DNA of 64,000 nucleotides from Bugula neritina (Eukaryota > Animalia > Bryozoa), in the NCBI GenBank assembly GCA_964035545.1, contig OZ037767.1, forward strand, positions 755,680 to 819,679. Direction: 5' to 3'. The first letter of the stretch is position 1; every line of letters starts with the position of its first letter. The translations under genes and the position numbers were made by a program. Below are positions 26,396-41,046 of this stretch, piece after piece. The notes beneath the pieces are model-generated. The model was given only the letters and a program-made list of their open reading frames with translations, was not told the origin of the DNA and did not search any database.

Positions 26396-27519
26396 GTTTT
26401 CGATCTTTCTACTATTTCTAGGCTCTGCTGCTGCCACTGGTGCTGATGTTGGTGCCGAGGTTGATGCTGGAAGCTGTAAAACAATAACTTTGCTTGACTG
26501 CAAAACAAACTCACATGTATTGAGCAGATCACTACAAAAAAGTAGGTTAAAGTTTATAAAAAATTTGTAAAAGGTTCCCTCAAATCATGCTACTTCTATT
26601 GGCTAACATCATATGATACTAAAACTGTATTACTGTAATAAAATCTCATATACTGACCACGGATAGATAACTCCAAGCCTAAGCTTTAAGACTATAATAT
26701 TGTGGTAGATGAATATTTGGTTTACTTACTGGAGGGAGAGCTATTCCCCTGACATTAGAGTTGGCTGTGGACGTCATAACTGGGTACTCATAGCTGCAAT
26801 ACTGTGAAAATAATGTGTTAATAGCTGAGATGAGCTGTAACAAGTTAGTTTATATTATCTATTTGACATGACATTCACAAGACACTAATATAACATTATA
26901 GTAGTCTATTTATATTACTTATACTTATTTTATATATAATTAATTTATACCAAGCTATGCTACTTCACATCATATTATATAATACATTGTAATATAATAC
27001 ATTGTATTATATATTATTCTTTGCTGTATTATATCTTTTATTTTATAATATATAACATTAACTTATATTGTAAAATGTTATTTTATATTATATTATATTA
27101 TATTACAATATATTTTACTACATAACATTAACATATTGTATTATGATATTACAAATAATATATTATATTTGTAAACTGTTTTAGTTATGGGCATACAGAT
27201 TCTGTTTTAACCACAGCATCTAACTTGTGTGTGAAGTCAAGATATTAAATAAGGATAAAACCTGGTAACACGATGTTATAGCCCCTGAAAGGAGGCCATA
27301 ATTGAGGAGGAAATAACAGATTTACTTTATTCAAATCCAATGAACTCTTTACACTGTCATTACAAAACATAATCTTAGTCAACTCCTATTATTATATTTT
27401 ATCTATTTGTTACTCCTAAACATATTATTGTATTGCAGTGAGTCATGACTAGTACCAATGAACCAAACAGATCGAGCAAGGGACAAGATAAAATATAATA
27501 TCTCAAGTATAGTATGCTA

Positions 27520-28187
27520 CTATAAGCACTAGTATATTACTATAAGCACTAGTATATTACTATAAACACTAGTATATTACTATAAACTCTAGTATATTAC
27601 TATAGACATTAGTATATTACTATAAACACTAGTATATTACTATAAGCACTAGTATATTACTATAAACACTAGTATATTACTATAAACACTAGTATATTAC
27701 TATAAGCACTAGTATATTACTATAAACACTAGTATATTACTATAAACACTAGTATATTACTATAAGTACTAGTATATTACTATAAACACTAGTATATTAC
27801 TATAAGTACTAGTATATTACTATAAACACTAACATATTACTATAAACACTAGTATATTACTATAAACACTAGAATATTACTATAAGCGCTAGTATATTAC
27901 TATAAACACTAGTATATTACTATAAACACCAGTATATTACTATAAACACCAGTATATTACTATAAACACTAGTATATTACTATAAACACTAGTATATTAC
28001 TATAAACACTAGTATATTACTATAAACACTAGTATATTACTATAAACACTAGTATATTACTATAAACACTAGCATATTACTATAAACACTAGTATATTAC
28101 TATAAACACTAGTATATTACTATAAGTACTAGTATATTACTATAAACACTAGTATATTACTATAAGCACTAGTATATTACTACAAGT
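27520..28187. repeat. 20-bp minisatellite (agtatattactataaacact)n x~33 in copy 1 intron 2
   Basis: Begins a few nt after the GAG|gtacct donor. Confidence 0.95.
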
Positions 28188-28858
28188 ACCAGGTACCTCA
28201 TTAGTGTTTTCACCAATTGGTTCAAGTGGGACAATGTCTGGCCCCATATACGAGGGATACGGTACTGACATCTGGTCGTAGAGGTGATCGTCTGCAGTTG
28301 ATTGGGAGGGTCTTTCATACTGAGAAGTGGGCGGAGATTGCGCCTGCACCACCTGACGTCTCAACATGGGCCTCACACCTGCTGACACTTGTCTATTTCG
28401 TGGAACCTGCTGGGGACCTGCATAACTGTATGAAGACTCAATATCTGTCTGTGTGTCTGTCTGTGTGTCTGTCTGTGTGTCTGTCTGTATGTCTGTCTGT
28501 GTGTTCACCTCCCTATGCCCGTTGACATAAGGTGGTGACAGAACAGATGGGAGACTTTCATATGGGGGTGGATCATCTCCATTGTATGGTGGCAACTCAT
28601 CTGCAATTAGAGAAGTAAACCAAATTATTAATCCCAATTTCCTACACTAAGCATGAGTTCAGTAACTTACTCATGCTTTTAGTGGCTTGTTCATGCTTAT
28701 AGTTCATCAGTTACTCGAATTCAGCTTATTTCACTATAAAACTGACAAGTTGATAAGAAGCAGAGGTGTGATCTCTGGGGTGAATGTGAAAGGAGATACC
28801 TCATCATCAAAAGCAATGATCCGTTCAGTAGAGAAATCAGTTAACCATTCAGTCAGGC

Positions 28859-29090
28859 TATCAATGAGGTCTACTCATAGTATATATAATAATACTCACT
28901 ACTATCAATGAGGTCTACTCATAGTATATATAGAAATACTCACTACTATCAATGAGGTCTACTCATAGTATATATAATAATACTCACTACTATCAATGAG
29001 GTCTACTCATAGTATATATAGAAATACTCACTACTATCAATGAGGTCTACTCATAGTATATATAGAAATACTCACTACTGTCAATGAGGT
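28859..29090 (-). repeat. 44-bp repeat duplicating the exon 1 end and donor of copy 1 (4 extra donors)
   Basis: Unit contains CTCATTGATAGTA|gtgagtat. Homologous arrays at ~33811-33880, 38149-38335 and 43590-43748. Confidence 0.9.
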
Positions 29091-29211
29091 TCACGTACAC
29101 TGGAGCCTTAGTAGAAGACATCAGTTCTTCTCTCTCATTCACTTTGAGACACTGGAGATATGTCTGAGAATAATTTTAATAAATGTTCATTACATAGATT
29201 AAAATAAATAG

Positions 29212-29275
<64 letters not shown>

Positions 29276-29722
29276 AATCAGCAGAATTAATTTAGTTTAT
29301 TATGAATATAAAATATAAACAATTTACACAATATAATATACTCGATTACTCTTCTAGGTAATGTAAATAATGTACTCACCCCTTAGTTATACTTGTATAT
29401 TGGCATACACTAACAAAGTATAAAACTCAAAGACTCTTGAATTCAAAGTAAAACTAAATTTACCATGCATACAGCCTCAGTTTCAACAAATAAACTAATT
29501 TCTTGTAATGACCTGTCCCATACCCAGATATAAGACAATATAGGTACACAACTAGGATAGATATATATACAAATATATACTATATAGTAAGATACTAAAG
29601 CTATTCTAAATACAAGGAAATAATTGTATTGTGAATTACTTGTATTGTTGACACATTCTATTGGAATTCACTCCTTGTTGATGGTCAGATGTGCTCCGGT
29701 GTATCTGCTGTGCTATTAATAG

Positions 29723-29801
29723 CTTTTATATTATTATACGCATTACTTGTATCTGCAATGCTTTAGTACAAAAGTGAGTCATAATACTCGCTTCTGATTG
29801 G
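29723..29801 (-). promoter_or_regulatory. Candidate promoter of dispanin copy 1: CCAAT box, AP-1 site, TATA box
   Basis: Minus strand order: CCAAT 29797-29801, TGACTCA 29775-29781, TATAAAAG 29723-29730. CCAAT and AP-1 are conserved in copies 2 (AP-1 34527-34533) and 3 (38983-38989), where the TATA reads TGTAAAAG. Confidence 0.5.
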
Positions 29802-30032
29802 TCAAATAGTAAAACACGCTTACAGTTGGAGTTGTCATCTCTTATTCACAGTGTTGTATCCTCATGCCTATAGTTATTTGATGAATAGAAATATTGTTTT
29901 TTATTCTAAAATAGCTTTAGATGCTAAAGTGACTAAATTACTATAAGTATTGTAAATATTAATAAACCTCAAAAAGCTATGCATGAATTATTAGCTGTCA
30001 TGCAGTAGTTTTGCATTCTCACTGTGTGCTGA

Positions 30033-30359
<327 letters not shown>

Positions 30360-31207
30360 AGGTTTTCCAGTATATTAAGTATTTAAACAATAGGCATGTA
30401 CTCACTGCTCCATTTGGTGGTTACATATTTTATTTACTTGCAATTTGCAAAACGCGTTAATCACATCGTAATTAGGCAGGTGCATGACAAAAGGCAAATA
30501 AATTATTCTATGGTATCATATGAATTTATTGAGATAATTAGAAGTAAATTTATTTGCGTGTAAAACAGTGCTGTAGAAATATAGACACACTGATAAATTG
30601 AAAGTTAAACTATGTGTAATTTGAGGCCGAAATAGATCACAGTGTTTATAGTATGAGACACAGTTAGAGGAGAAGGTATTGTTACAATCCAAACTGTGGA
30701 TATGTATGTGTAACTCTTAGCACAACTCATAGAGAGAAGATAACTCTATATGATAAGTCGCTGACAGTCCCTAATGTACAGTCACCGAATATCTAAACAC
30801 AATTAGTGTTGAGTGAGTGAACCCATCTCGAATTATTCAAATGTAAAATAATTCTTAAATATTTTCAAACATAACCTTTATAGACAACAATTTAACTTTA
30901 AACTAGTGAAATATTGCAGTGATGACTTCATGCAAAATAAAAACTTGAAATATTTTCGCTGCAACTCTATTTACAAATTTCAGATCACTGGTCAAAAATC
31001 TTTAGCTTCCTACAATTTGTTTTGATTTTTCGCCCAATATTGCCATTTATCATGATGATGCAGGAATGAAAAGGAAAAATTTATTAGAAAGTTTAGGGAT
31101 AACTCTGTGAGAAAAAAACTCTCTATGACCGTGTCATTCAGTGGCAACGAGCTTGAGCAGATGATTGATTGAATTGAAACTTCCTAACTTGAGTGTCAAA
31201 TATCATT

Positions 31208-33908
31208 TTAAGCAAATTTGAACGCGAATGTAAATAACGCTGCCCCGCAAAAAGTAGTGGCTAAAATGTTGATAATCAGAACTACTGTAGAGTTCCTCTG
31301 CGCTGCCTCGTGTTTACCTCTTTTGTTGTCTCTTATGATCAGTGCTGACAGAATCACAGCAGCTATGCCCAGAGGTAGACAGAACACTAAGTTGATTATG
31401 CTCCACACTAAGAAAGCTTTCGATTTTCTACTATTTCTAGGCTCTGCTGCCGGTGCCACTGCTGCTGATGTTAGTGCCGAGGTAGATGCTGGAAGCTGTA
31501 AAACAAAAACTTTGCTTGACTGCAAAACAAACTCACATGTATTGAGGAAATGACTACAAAAAAGTAGGTCAAAATTTATAAAAAAATTTGTAAAAGATTC
31601 CTGACACTTCTATTGGCCAACATCATATGATACTAAAACTGTATTACTGGTATTACGGGTTAACACATGTAATAGAATCTCATATACTGACCACGGATAG
31701 ATAACTCCAAACCTAAACTTTAAAACTATAATGTGGTAGTTGAATATTTGGTTCACTTACTGGAGGGAGGGCTCTTCCCCTGACATTAGAGTTGGCTGTT
31801 GATGACATAACTGGGTAGTCGTAGCTGCAATACTGTGAAAATAAAGTATCTGAAATTTGAATCACAGCATCTAACTTGTGTGTGTGGAGTTACTATATTA
31901 CATGAGGTTACAGTTTGGAAACACATGTTAGTTTCTGATTGTAATGAATGGAGAAGGAAATAACAGTTTTACTTTATTCAAATTTAATGAACTCCTTACA
32001 CTGTCATTACAAAACATAATATTAGTCAACTCCTATTATTATATTTTATCTATTTGTTACTCCTAAACATGATATTATTGTATCACATGGTGATTGGTGA
32101 TTAATAGTGATGGGCCAAAATGAATTGGACAAGGGACAACATTAAACAAAGTTCAAGTATAATATGCTACTATGTGTACTAGTATCTTAATATAAGCACT
32201 AGTATAATACTATATAAACACTAGTATAATACTATATAAACACTAGTATATTACTATAAGCACTAGTATATTACTATAAGCATTAGTATATTACTATAAG
32301 TACTAGTATATTACTATAAGCGCTAACATATTACTATAAACACTAGTATATTACTATAAGTACTAGTATATTACTATAAACACTAACATATTACTATAAA
32401 CACTAGTCTATTACTATAAGTACTAGTATATTACTATAAACACTAGCATATTACTATAAGCACTAGTATATTACTATAAGCACTAATATATTACTATAAA
32501 CACTAGTATATTACTATAAGTACTAGTATATTACTAAAAACACTAGTATATTACTATAAACACTAGTATATTACTATAAGTACTAGTATATTACTATAAA
32601 CACTAGTATATTAATATAAACACTAGTATATTACTATAAACACTAGTATATTATTATAAGTACTAGTATATTACTATAAGTACTAGTATATTACTATAAA
32701 CGCTGGTATATTACTATAAACACTAGTATATTACTATAAGTACTAGTATATTACTAAAAACACTAGTATATTACTATAAACACTAGTATATTACTATAAG
32801 TACTAGTATATTACTATAAACACTAGTATATTACTATAAACACTAGTATATTACTACAAGCACTAGTATATTACTAAAAACACTAGTATATTACTAAAAA
32901 CACTAGTATATTACTATAAACACTAGTATATTACTATAAACACTAGTATATTACTATAAACACTAGTATATTACTATAAGCACCAGGTACCTCATTAGTG
33001 TTTTCACCAATTGGTTCAGGTGGGACAATGTCCGGCCCTATATATGAGGGATACGGTACTGACAACTGGCCGTAGAGGTGATCGTCTGCAGTTGATTGGG
33101 AGGAGCTTTCATACTGAGAAGTGGGCGGAGATTGCGCCTGCACCACCTGACGTCTCAACATGGGCCTCACACCTGCTGACACCTGTCTATCTCGTGGAGC
33201 CTGCTGGGGACCTGCATAACTGTATGATGACTCAACATCTGTCTGTGTGTCTGTCTGTGTGTCTGTCTGTGTGTCCGTCTGTGTGTCCGTCTGTGTGTCT
33301 GTGTGTGTGTCTGTCTGTGTGTATGTCTGTGTGTCTGTCTGTGTGTCTGTCTGTGTGGCTGTCTGTGTTTCCACTTCCCTGTGCCCAGTAAGATAAGGTG
33401 GTGACAGAACAGATGGGAGACTCTCATATGGGGGTGGATCATCTCCATTGTATGGTGGAAACTCATCTGAAGTTAGAAAAGTTATCACTAACACAAAGTA
33501 ATTATCCCACTTTTACAAACTAAACATGAGTGCAGTGGCTTAGCCATGCTTATAGTTGCTTATTTATGCTTAAAGGAGCTTATTCATGCTTATAGTTGCT
33601 TATTTGTTGACTTATTCATGCTTATATTGAATCATTGAATTCCTCAGCTAATAACTCATTCACCGAGATTATCACAACTACTCAACATTATCTCTTTATG
33701 TTTTATGAGGGTTAGAAATATCGGCACACCTTTGGTTCGCTGACCATATTTAATCAGCAACTCATATAAAAGTAACTGATTTTGTGACTAAGGATGTCAT
33801 TATACTGGAAGTACTCACTACTATCAATGAGGTCTACTCATAGTATATATAATAATACTCACTACTATCAATGAGGTCTACATACACTGGAGCCTTAGTA
33901 GTAGACAT
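31208..33908 (-). CDS. CD225/dispanin (IFITM/PRRT1-like) membrane protein, copy 2 (~293 aa)
   Basis: Exons 33863-33908, 32991-33466, 31761-31832, 31208-31495, phase-consistent. C-terminus FLVWSIINLVFCLPLGIAAVILSALIIRDNKRGKHEAAQRNSTVVLIINILATTFCGAALF shows the dispanin pattern (W-S-I..C.P.G..A...S, basic loop G...A, second hydrophobic helix with NI). N-terminus has FPPY, PPPY, SPPY and (TQTD)x11. Confidence 0.88.
32190..32983. repeat. 20-bp minisatellite x~39 in copy 2 intron 2
   Basis: Same unit as 27520-28187. Confidence 0.95.
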
Positions 33909-34816
33909 CAGTTCTTCTCTCTCATTAACTGTGAGACGCTGGAGATATTTCTGAGAATAATTTTAATAAATGTTCATTACATGGATTAAAATAAATAAAT
34001 ATATATATAATATAATATAAATCAGCAAAATTAATTTAGTTTTTTAGGGATATATATTATAAACAATAACGCAATATAATATACTCGATTACTCTTCTAG
34101 GTAATGTGAATAATGTACTCACCCCTTAGTTATACTTACATATTAAATTGGCATACACTAACAATGTATAAAACTCTAAGACTCTTGAATTCCAAGTAAA
34201 CCTAAATTTACCATGCATACAGCCTCAGTTCCAACAAATAAACTAATTTCTTGTAATGACCTGTCCCATACCCAGATATAAGACAATATAGGTACAAAAC
34301 TAGGATAGATATATATATATGCAAATATTTACTATATAGTAAGATACTAAAGCTATTCTAAATACAAGGAAATAATTGTATTGTGAATTACTTGTATTGT
34401 TGACACATTCTATTAGAATTCACTCCTTGTTGATGGCCAGATGTGCTCCGGTGTATCTGCTGTGCTACTAATAGCTTTTACATTATTATACACATTACTT
34501 GTATCTGCACTGCTTTAGTACAAAAGTGAGTCATAATACTCGCTTCTGATTGGTCAAATAGTAAAACATGCTTACAGTTGAAGTTGTCATCTCTTATTCA
34601 CAATGTTGTATCCTCAGGCCTAGAGTTATTTGATGAATAGAAATATTGTTTTTTATTTTAAAATAGCTTTAGATGCTAAAGTGACTAAATTACTATAAGT
34701 ATTGTAAATATTAATAAACCTCAAAAAGCTATGCATGAATTATTAGCTGTCATGCAGTAGTTTTGCATTCACTGTGTGCTGACTGCGCGCGCGTGTGTGT
34801 GTGTGTGTGTGTGTGT

Positions 34817-34891
<75 letters not shown>

Positions 34892-35777
34892 TGTGAGTGT
34901 GTGTGTGTGTGTGTGCGTGCGTGTGTGTGAGGTTTTCCAGTATATTAAGTATTTAAACAATAGGCATGTACTCACTGCTCCATTTGGTGGTTACATATTT
35001 TATTTACTTGCAATTTGCAAAACGCGTTAATCACATCGTAATTAGGCAGAAGCATGACAAAAGGCAAATAAATTATTCTATGGTATCATATGAATTTATT
35101 GAGATAATTAGAAGTAAATTTATTTGCGTGTAAAACAGTGCTGTAGAAATATAGACACACTGATAAATTGAAAGTTAAACTATGTGTAATTTGAGGCCTA
35201 AATAGATCACAGTGTTTATAGTATGAGACACAGTTAGAGGAGAAGGTATTGTTACAATCCAAACTGTGGATATGTATGTGTAACTCTTAGCACAACTCAT
35301 AGAGAGAAGATAACTCTATATGATAAGTCGCTGACAGTCCCTAATGTACAGTCACCGAATATCTAAACACAATTAGTGTTGAGTGAGTGAACCCATCTCG
35401 AATTATTCAAATGTAAAATAATTCTTAAATATTTTCAAACAAAACCTTTATAGACAACAATTTAACTTTAAACTAGTGAAATATTGCAGTGATGACTTCA
35501 TGCAAAATAAAAACTTGAAATATTTTCGCTGCAACTCTATTTACAAATTTCAGATCACTGGTCAAAAATCTTTAGCTTCCTACAATTTGTTTTGATTTTT
35601 CGCCCAATATTGCCATTTATCATGATGATGCAGGAATGAAAAGGAAAAATTTATTAGAAAGTTTAGGGATAACTCTGTGAGAAAAAAACTCTCTATGACC
35701 GTGTCATTCAGTGGCAACGAGCTTGAGCAGGCGATTGATTGAATTGAAACTTCATAACTTGAGTGTTAAAGGTCATT

Positions 35778-38370
35778 TTAAATAAATGTGAATGCGATTA
35801 TAAATATCGCTGCCCCGCAAAAAGTAGTGGCTACAATGTTGATAACCATAACTGCTGTAGAGTTCCTCTGCGCTGCCTCGTGTTTACCTCTTTTGTTGTC
35901 TCTTATGATCAGTGCTGACAGAATCACAGCAGCTATGCCCAAAGGTAGACAGAATAACAGTAAGTTAGTTATGCTCCACGCTAAGAAAGTTTTTGATGTT
36001 CTACTATTTCTAGGCTCTGCTGATGCTGGTGCCGAGGTAGATGCTGGAAGCTGTAAAACAATAACTTTGCTTGACTGCAAAACAAACTCACATGTATTGA
36101 GCAGATCACTACAAAAAAGTAGGTTGAAGTTTATAAAAAATTTGTAAAAGGTTCCCTCAAATCATGCCACTTCTATTGGCTAACATCATATGATACTAAA
36201 ACTGTATTACTGTAATAAAATCTCATATACTGACCACGGATAGATAACTCCAAGCCTAAGCTTTAAGACTATAATATTGTGGTAGATGAATATTTGGTTT
36301 ACTTACTGGAGGAAGAGCTATTCCCCTGACATTAGAGTTGGCTGTGGACGTCATAACTGGGTACTCATAGCTGCAATACTGTGAAAATAATGTGTTAATA
36401 GCTGAGATGAGCCGTAACAAGTTAGTTTATATTATATTTTTGACATGACATACACAAGACACTAATATAATATTATAGTAGTTTATTTATATTACTTATA
36501 CTTATTTTATATATAATTAAATTATACCAAGCTATGCTACTTCACATCATATTATATAATACATTGTATTATATATTATTCTTTGCTGTATTATATTGTG
36601 ATTTTATTTTATAATATATAACATTAACTTGTATTGTAAAATGTTATTTTATATTATATTATATTACAATATATTTTACTACATAACATTAACATATTGT
36701 ATTATGATATTACAATAATATATTATATTTGTAAACTGCTTTAGTTATGAGCATACAGATTCTGTTTTAACCACAGCATCTAACTTGTGTGTGTGGTGTT
36801 ATAATATTACATAAGGTTACAATCTAGAAACACATGTTGGTTTTTGATTGTGATGAATGGAAAAGGAAATAACAGTTTAGCTAATTCAAATCCAATGAAC
36901 TCCTTACACTGTCAGTACGAAACATAATCTTAGTCAACTCCTATTATTGTATTTTATCTATTTGTCCCTCCTAAACATATTATGGTATTGCAGTGAGTCA
37001 TGACTAGTACCAATGAACCAAACAGATTGAGCAAGGGACAAGATAAAATATAATATCTCAAGTACAGTATATTACTATAAACACTAGTATATTACTATAA
37101 ACACTAGTATATTACTATAAACACTAGTATATTACTATAAACACTAACATATTACTATAAACACTAGTATATTACTAGAAACACTAGTATATTACTATAA
37201 ACACTAGTATATTACTATAAGCACTAGTATATTACTATAAACACTAGTATATTACTATAAACACTAGTATATTACTATAAGCACTAGTATATTACTATAA
37301 GCACTATTATAATATTACTATAAGCACTAGTATATTACTATAAACACTAGTATATTACTATAAACACTAGTATATTACTACAAGCACTAGTATATTACTA
37401 TAAGTACTAGTATATTACTATAAACACTAGTATATTACTATAAGTACTAGTATATTACTATAAGCACCAGGTACCTCATTAGTGTTTTCACCAATTGGTT
37501 CGGGTGGGACAATGTCCGGCCCCATATACGAGGGATACGGTACTGACATCTGGTCGTAGAGGTGATCGTCTGCAGTTGATTGGGAGGGTCTTTCATACTG
37601 AGAAGTGGGCGGAGATTGCGCCTGCACCACCTGATGTCTCAACATGGGCCTCACACCTGCTGACACCTGTCTACCTCGTAGAACCTGCTGGGGACCTGCA
37701 TAACTGTATGATGACTCAACATCTGTCTGTGTGTCTGTCTGTGTGTCTGTCTGTGTGTCTGTCTGTATGTCTGTCTGTGTGTCCGTCTGTGTGTCCACCT
37801 CCCTATGCCCGTTGACATAAGGTGGTGACAGAACAGATGGGAGACTCTCATATGGGGGTGGATCATCTCCATTGTATGGTGGCAACTCATCTGAAATTAG
37901 AGAAGTAAACCAAATTATTAATCCCATTTTTCTACACTAAGCATGAGTTCAGTAACTTACTCATGCTTCTTGTGGTTCATTCATGCTGATATTTCAGCAG
38001 TCACCCGAATTCAGCTTATTTCACTATAAAACTGACAAGTTGATAAGAAGCAGAGGTGTGATTTCTGTGGTGAATGTGAAAGGAGATACCTCATCATCAA
38101 AAGCAATGATCCGTTCAGTAGAGAAGAAATCAGTTAACCATTCAGTCAGGCTATCAATGAGGTCTACTCATAGTATATATAATAATACTCTCTACTATCA
38201 ATGAGGTCTACTCATAGTATATATAGAAATACTCACTACTATTAATGAGGTCTACTCATAGTATATATAATAATACTCACTACTATCAATGAGGTCTACT
38301 CATAGTATATATAATAATACTCACTATTGTCAATCAGGTTCACATACACTGGAGCCTTAGTAGTAGACAT
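35778..38370 (-). CDS. CD225/dispanin membrane protein, copy 3 (~268 aa)
   Basis: Exons 38325-38370, 37475-37890, 36307-36378, 35778-36050. FLAWSITNLLLFCLPLGIAAVILSALIIRDNKRGKHEAAQRNSTAVMVINIVATTFCG; (TQTD)x6. Confidence 0.88.
37065..37467. repeat. 20-bp minisatellite x~20 in copy 3 intron 2
   Basis: Same unit as 27520-28187. Confidence 0.95.
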
Positions 38371-40761
38371 CAGTTCTTCTCTTTCATTCACTTTGAAACG
38401 CGGGAGATACTTCTGAGAATAATTTTAATAAATTTCCATTATATGGATTAAAATAAATAGATAAATATAAATAAATAATATAAATCAGCAGAATTAATTT
38501 AGTTTATTAGGAATATATATTATAAACAATCACGCAATATAATATACTCGATTACTCTTCTAGGTAATGTAAATAATGTACTCACCCCTTAGTTATACTT
38601 GTATATTGGCATACACTAACAATCTATAAAACTCAAAGACTCTTGAATTTCAAATAAAACTAAATTTACCATGCATACAGCCTCAGTTCCAACAAATAAA
38701 CTAATTTCTTGTAATGACCTGTTCCATACCCAGATATAAGACAATATAGGTACTCAACTAGGATAGATATATATACAAACATTTACTATATAGTAAGATA
38801 CTATATAGCTATTCTAAATACAAGGAAATAATTATATTGTGAAATACTTGTATTGTTGACACATTCTATTGGAATTAACTCCTTGTTGATGGCCAGATGT
38901 GCTCCGGTGTATCTGCTGTGCTATTAATAGCTTTTACATTATTATACGCGCTACTTGCATCTGCACTGCGTTAGTACAAAAGTGAGTCATAATACTCGCT
39001 TCTGATTGGTCAAATAGTAAAACACGCTTACCGTTGGAGTTGTCATCTCTTACTCATGATGTATCCTTCATTCTGTAACTGATTGATAATAGAAATAATA
39101 TTGGTTTACATTTTTAAGCTGCATTGAAAGTTCAAATGACTGTAAGTATGTAAGTATTGACTGTTTACATTGCCTAGTATTTAACTACTTTCACAAACAC
39201 TTATTATTACAAATAATTAAAATATTTATTACTCTAATAATTTTATTATAAAGTGCTATTGCGGAAATATGCTACACATCATAGTAATAACATATTAATA
39301 TATTTATACATATGTCTGCTCTAAGTGCCATGCAAATAGGTGACAATAGTTACATAACCAAAGCTGTTAAAACTGGCAGCATAAACTGTAGAAGGTACAC
39401 TTGGTGTGTGACCTGTATCTACTAGTCTGTAAGAGACAAGACTGTAAGTCTATCTGCTAACATGAAGTATATAATGTTAGTTCACAGGAAACACCAATTA
39501 CTAACACACAATACAATACAAGTTGTAAAATTGCCTTCAGCCACTCTTTCACAGATAGTCCTCTGTGTGCGCGTGTGTGCGCGTGTGTGCGCGTGTGTGC
39601 GCGTGTGTGAGCGTGTGTGTGCGTGTGTGTGCGTGTGTGTGCGTGTGTGTGCGTGTGTGTGCGTGTGTGTGCGTGTGTGTGCGTGTGTGTGCGTGTGTGT
39701 GCATGTGTGTGTGTGCATGCGTGTGTGTGCGTGTGTGTGCGTGTGTGTGTGTGTGTGTGTGCGTGCTGTGTGTTTTCACTGTATTAAGTATCTAAACGAT
39801 AAGAATGTACTCACTGCTAGAAGTGGTGGTTATATATTTTATTTACTTGCAAAACGTGCCGGTCAGATCATATTTATACAGGTGTATGACATAAGGCAAA
39901 TAAGTTATTTAATGACATTGATACAAATGTATTGAGCTGATTATTAGAACTAATATAGTCTTATGCAGACCAAACAGTAGTGTAGAAATAAAAAAAAATC
40001 TGACAAATTTAAACAACATAGCTCAAACAAAAAGTTTCAAAAACTTTAATAAATAGTTGTGATTGCCATTACATAGTAATATATTAGCTAAATTAAAAAA
40101 CATATATAAAATGCGATATGAAAAACATGTAACAACTAATAAAAGACAATGCAATGCAAATTAGTTGTTTAAGTTAGTGATTAATTTACATCATCTATAA
40201 TTTTCCATTATAGGAAAATGATTATATAATACAATTAGCTAAATTTAAAAGTAAAACAGATTCAATTCGAGGTATAAACAGATAATAGCTAAATGGTTTA
40301 TAATACAAGACTCAGCTAGACGCGGGGGGGGGGCGTGTTACATGCACTCCGTACTGTGCATATGTATATGTGTAACTCTCAACACAACTCATAGAGAGAA
40401 GATAACTCTATATGAAAAGTTGCTGACAGTCACTGAACTTCTAAACACATTTAGTGTTGAGTGAGTGAAGCTGTCTGGAATGACTCAAACAGTCTCGCTT
40501 AAAGAAAATACTTCGCAGACGCCAATTCAACTTTAAATTAGTAAACTAATTCAGTGGGGACTTCAAACAGAAAACTTTAACTATTTTCGCTTTAATTCGA
40601 TTTGAAAGTTATCACTATAGTCAAATATTCCAGCTTTCAGCAGTTTCTCACATCCGTCAAATAACAGAAGAAATTGTATACGAAAGCTTTTAAATAAGTT
40701 CTGGGCGAGAAAATAACTCCTTGTGAGAGTTTCATTTAGCGGCGATAACATGGAGCAGAGT

Positions 40762-41020
40762 AGGGAGCAGCCGTGGTCTAGGGGCAGCCATGGTCTAGGG
40801 GTTAGAGCTGGTCTAGGGGCAGCCGTGGTCCAGGGGTTAGAGCGTTTGCTTAGTAAACACAAGGTCATGGGCTCGAGCGCCCAACAATGGAGATGTTAGG
40901 AAGAGCATCCAGTCATATAATTGCTCCTGTGCTTCATTTAACTAAGCTCTTAGCCCGATCTAACAAACACTCTTTCTATCAGGGTTTCTCACGTGGATAG
41001 GGACTATAAACTTGTGTGAG
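40762..41020 (+). mobile_element. tRNA-derived SINE (Thr-AGT-like head) just downstream of the copy 4 stop codon, antisense
   Basis: A box TGGTCTAGGGG (locally multiplied), tRNA-like ttagagcgtttgcttagtaaacac, degenerate B box GGCTCGAGC. Body shared with the copy at 43915-44145. Absent from the paralogous 3' regions. Confidence 0.75.
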
Positions 41021-41046
41021 TTTTTTTTTAACACAAAGCAGAAGAT

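Larger units (their letters stand above)
26135..29121 (-). pseudogene. CD225/dispanin array copy 1, truncated (would encode a 213-aa soluble protein lacking the TM domain)
   Basis: Exons 29076-29121, 28197-28600, 26730-26801, 26354-26473 (TAG lies inside an insertion). Remnant FLVWSICNLV and a frameshifted hydrophobic tail (CIFGGFILLIVASVAITCSALCAAC) lie at 26135-26270. Confidence 0.8.

Noticed and set aside
40820-40880. tRNA-Thr gene
   Set aside because: Degenerate B box and stems, followed by a shared SINE body. It is a SINE head.
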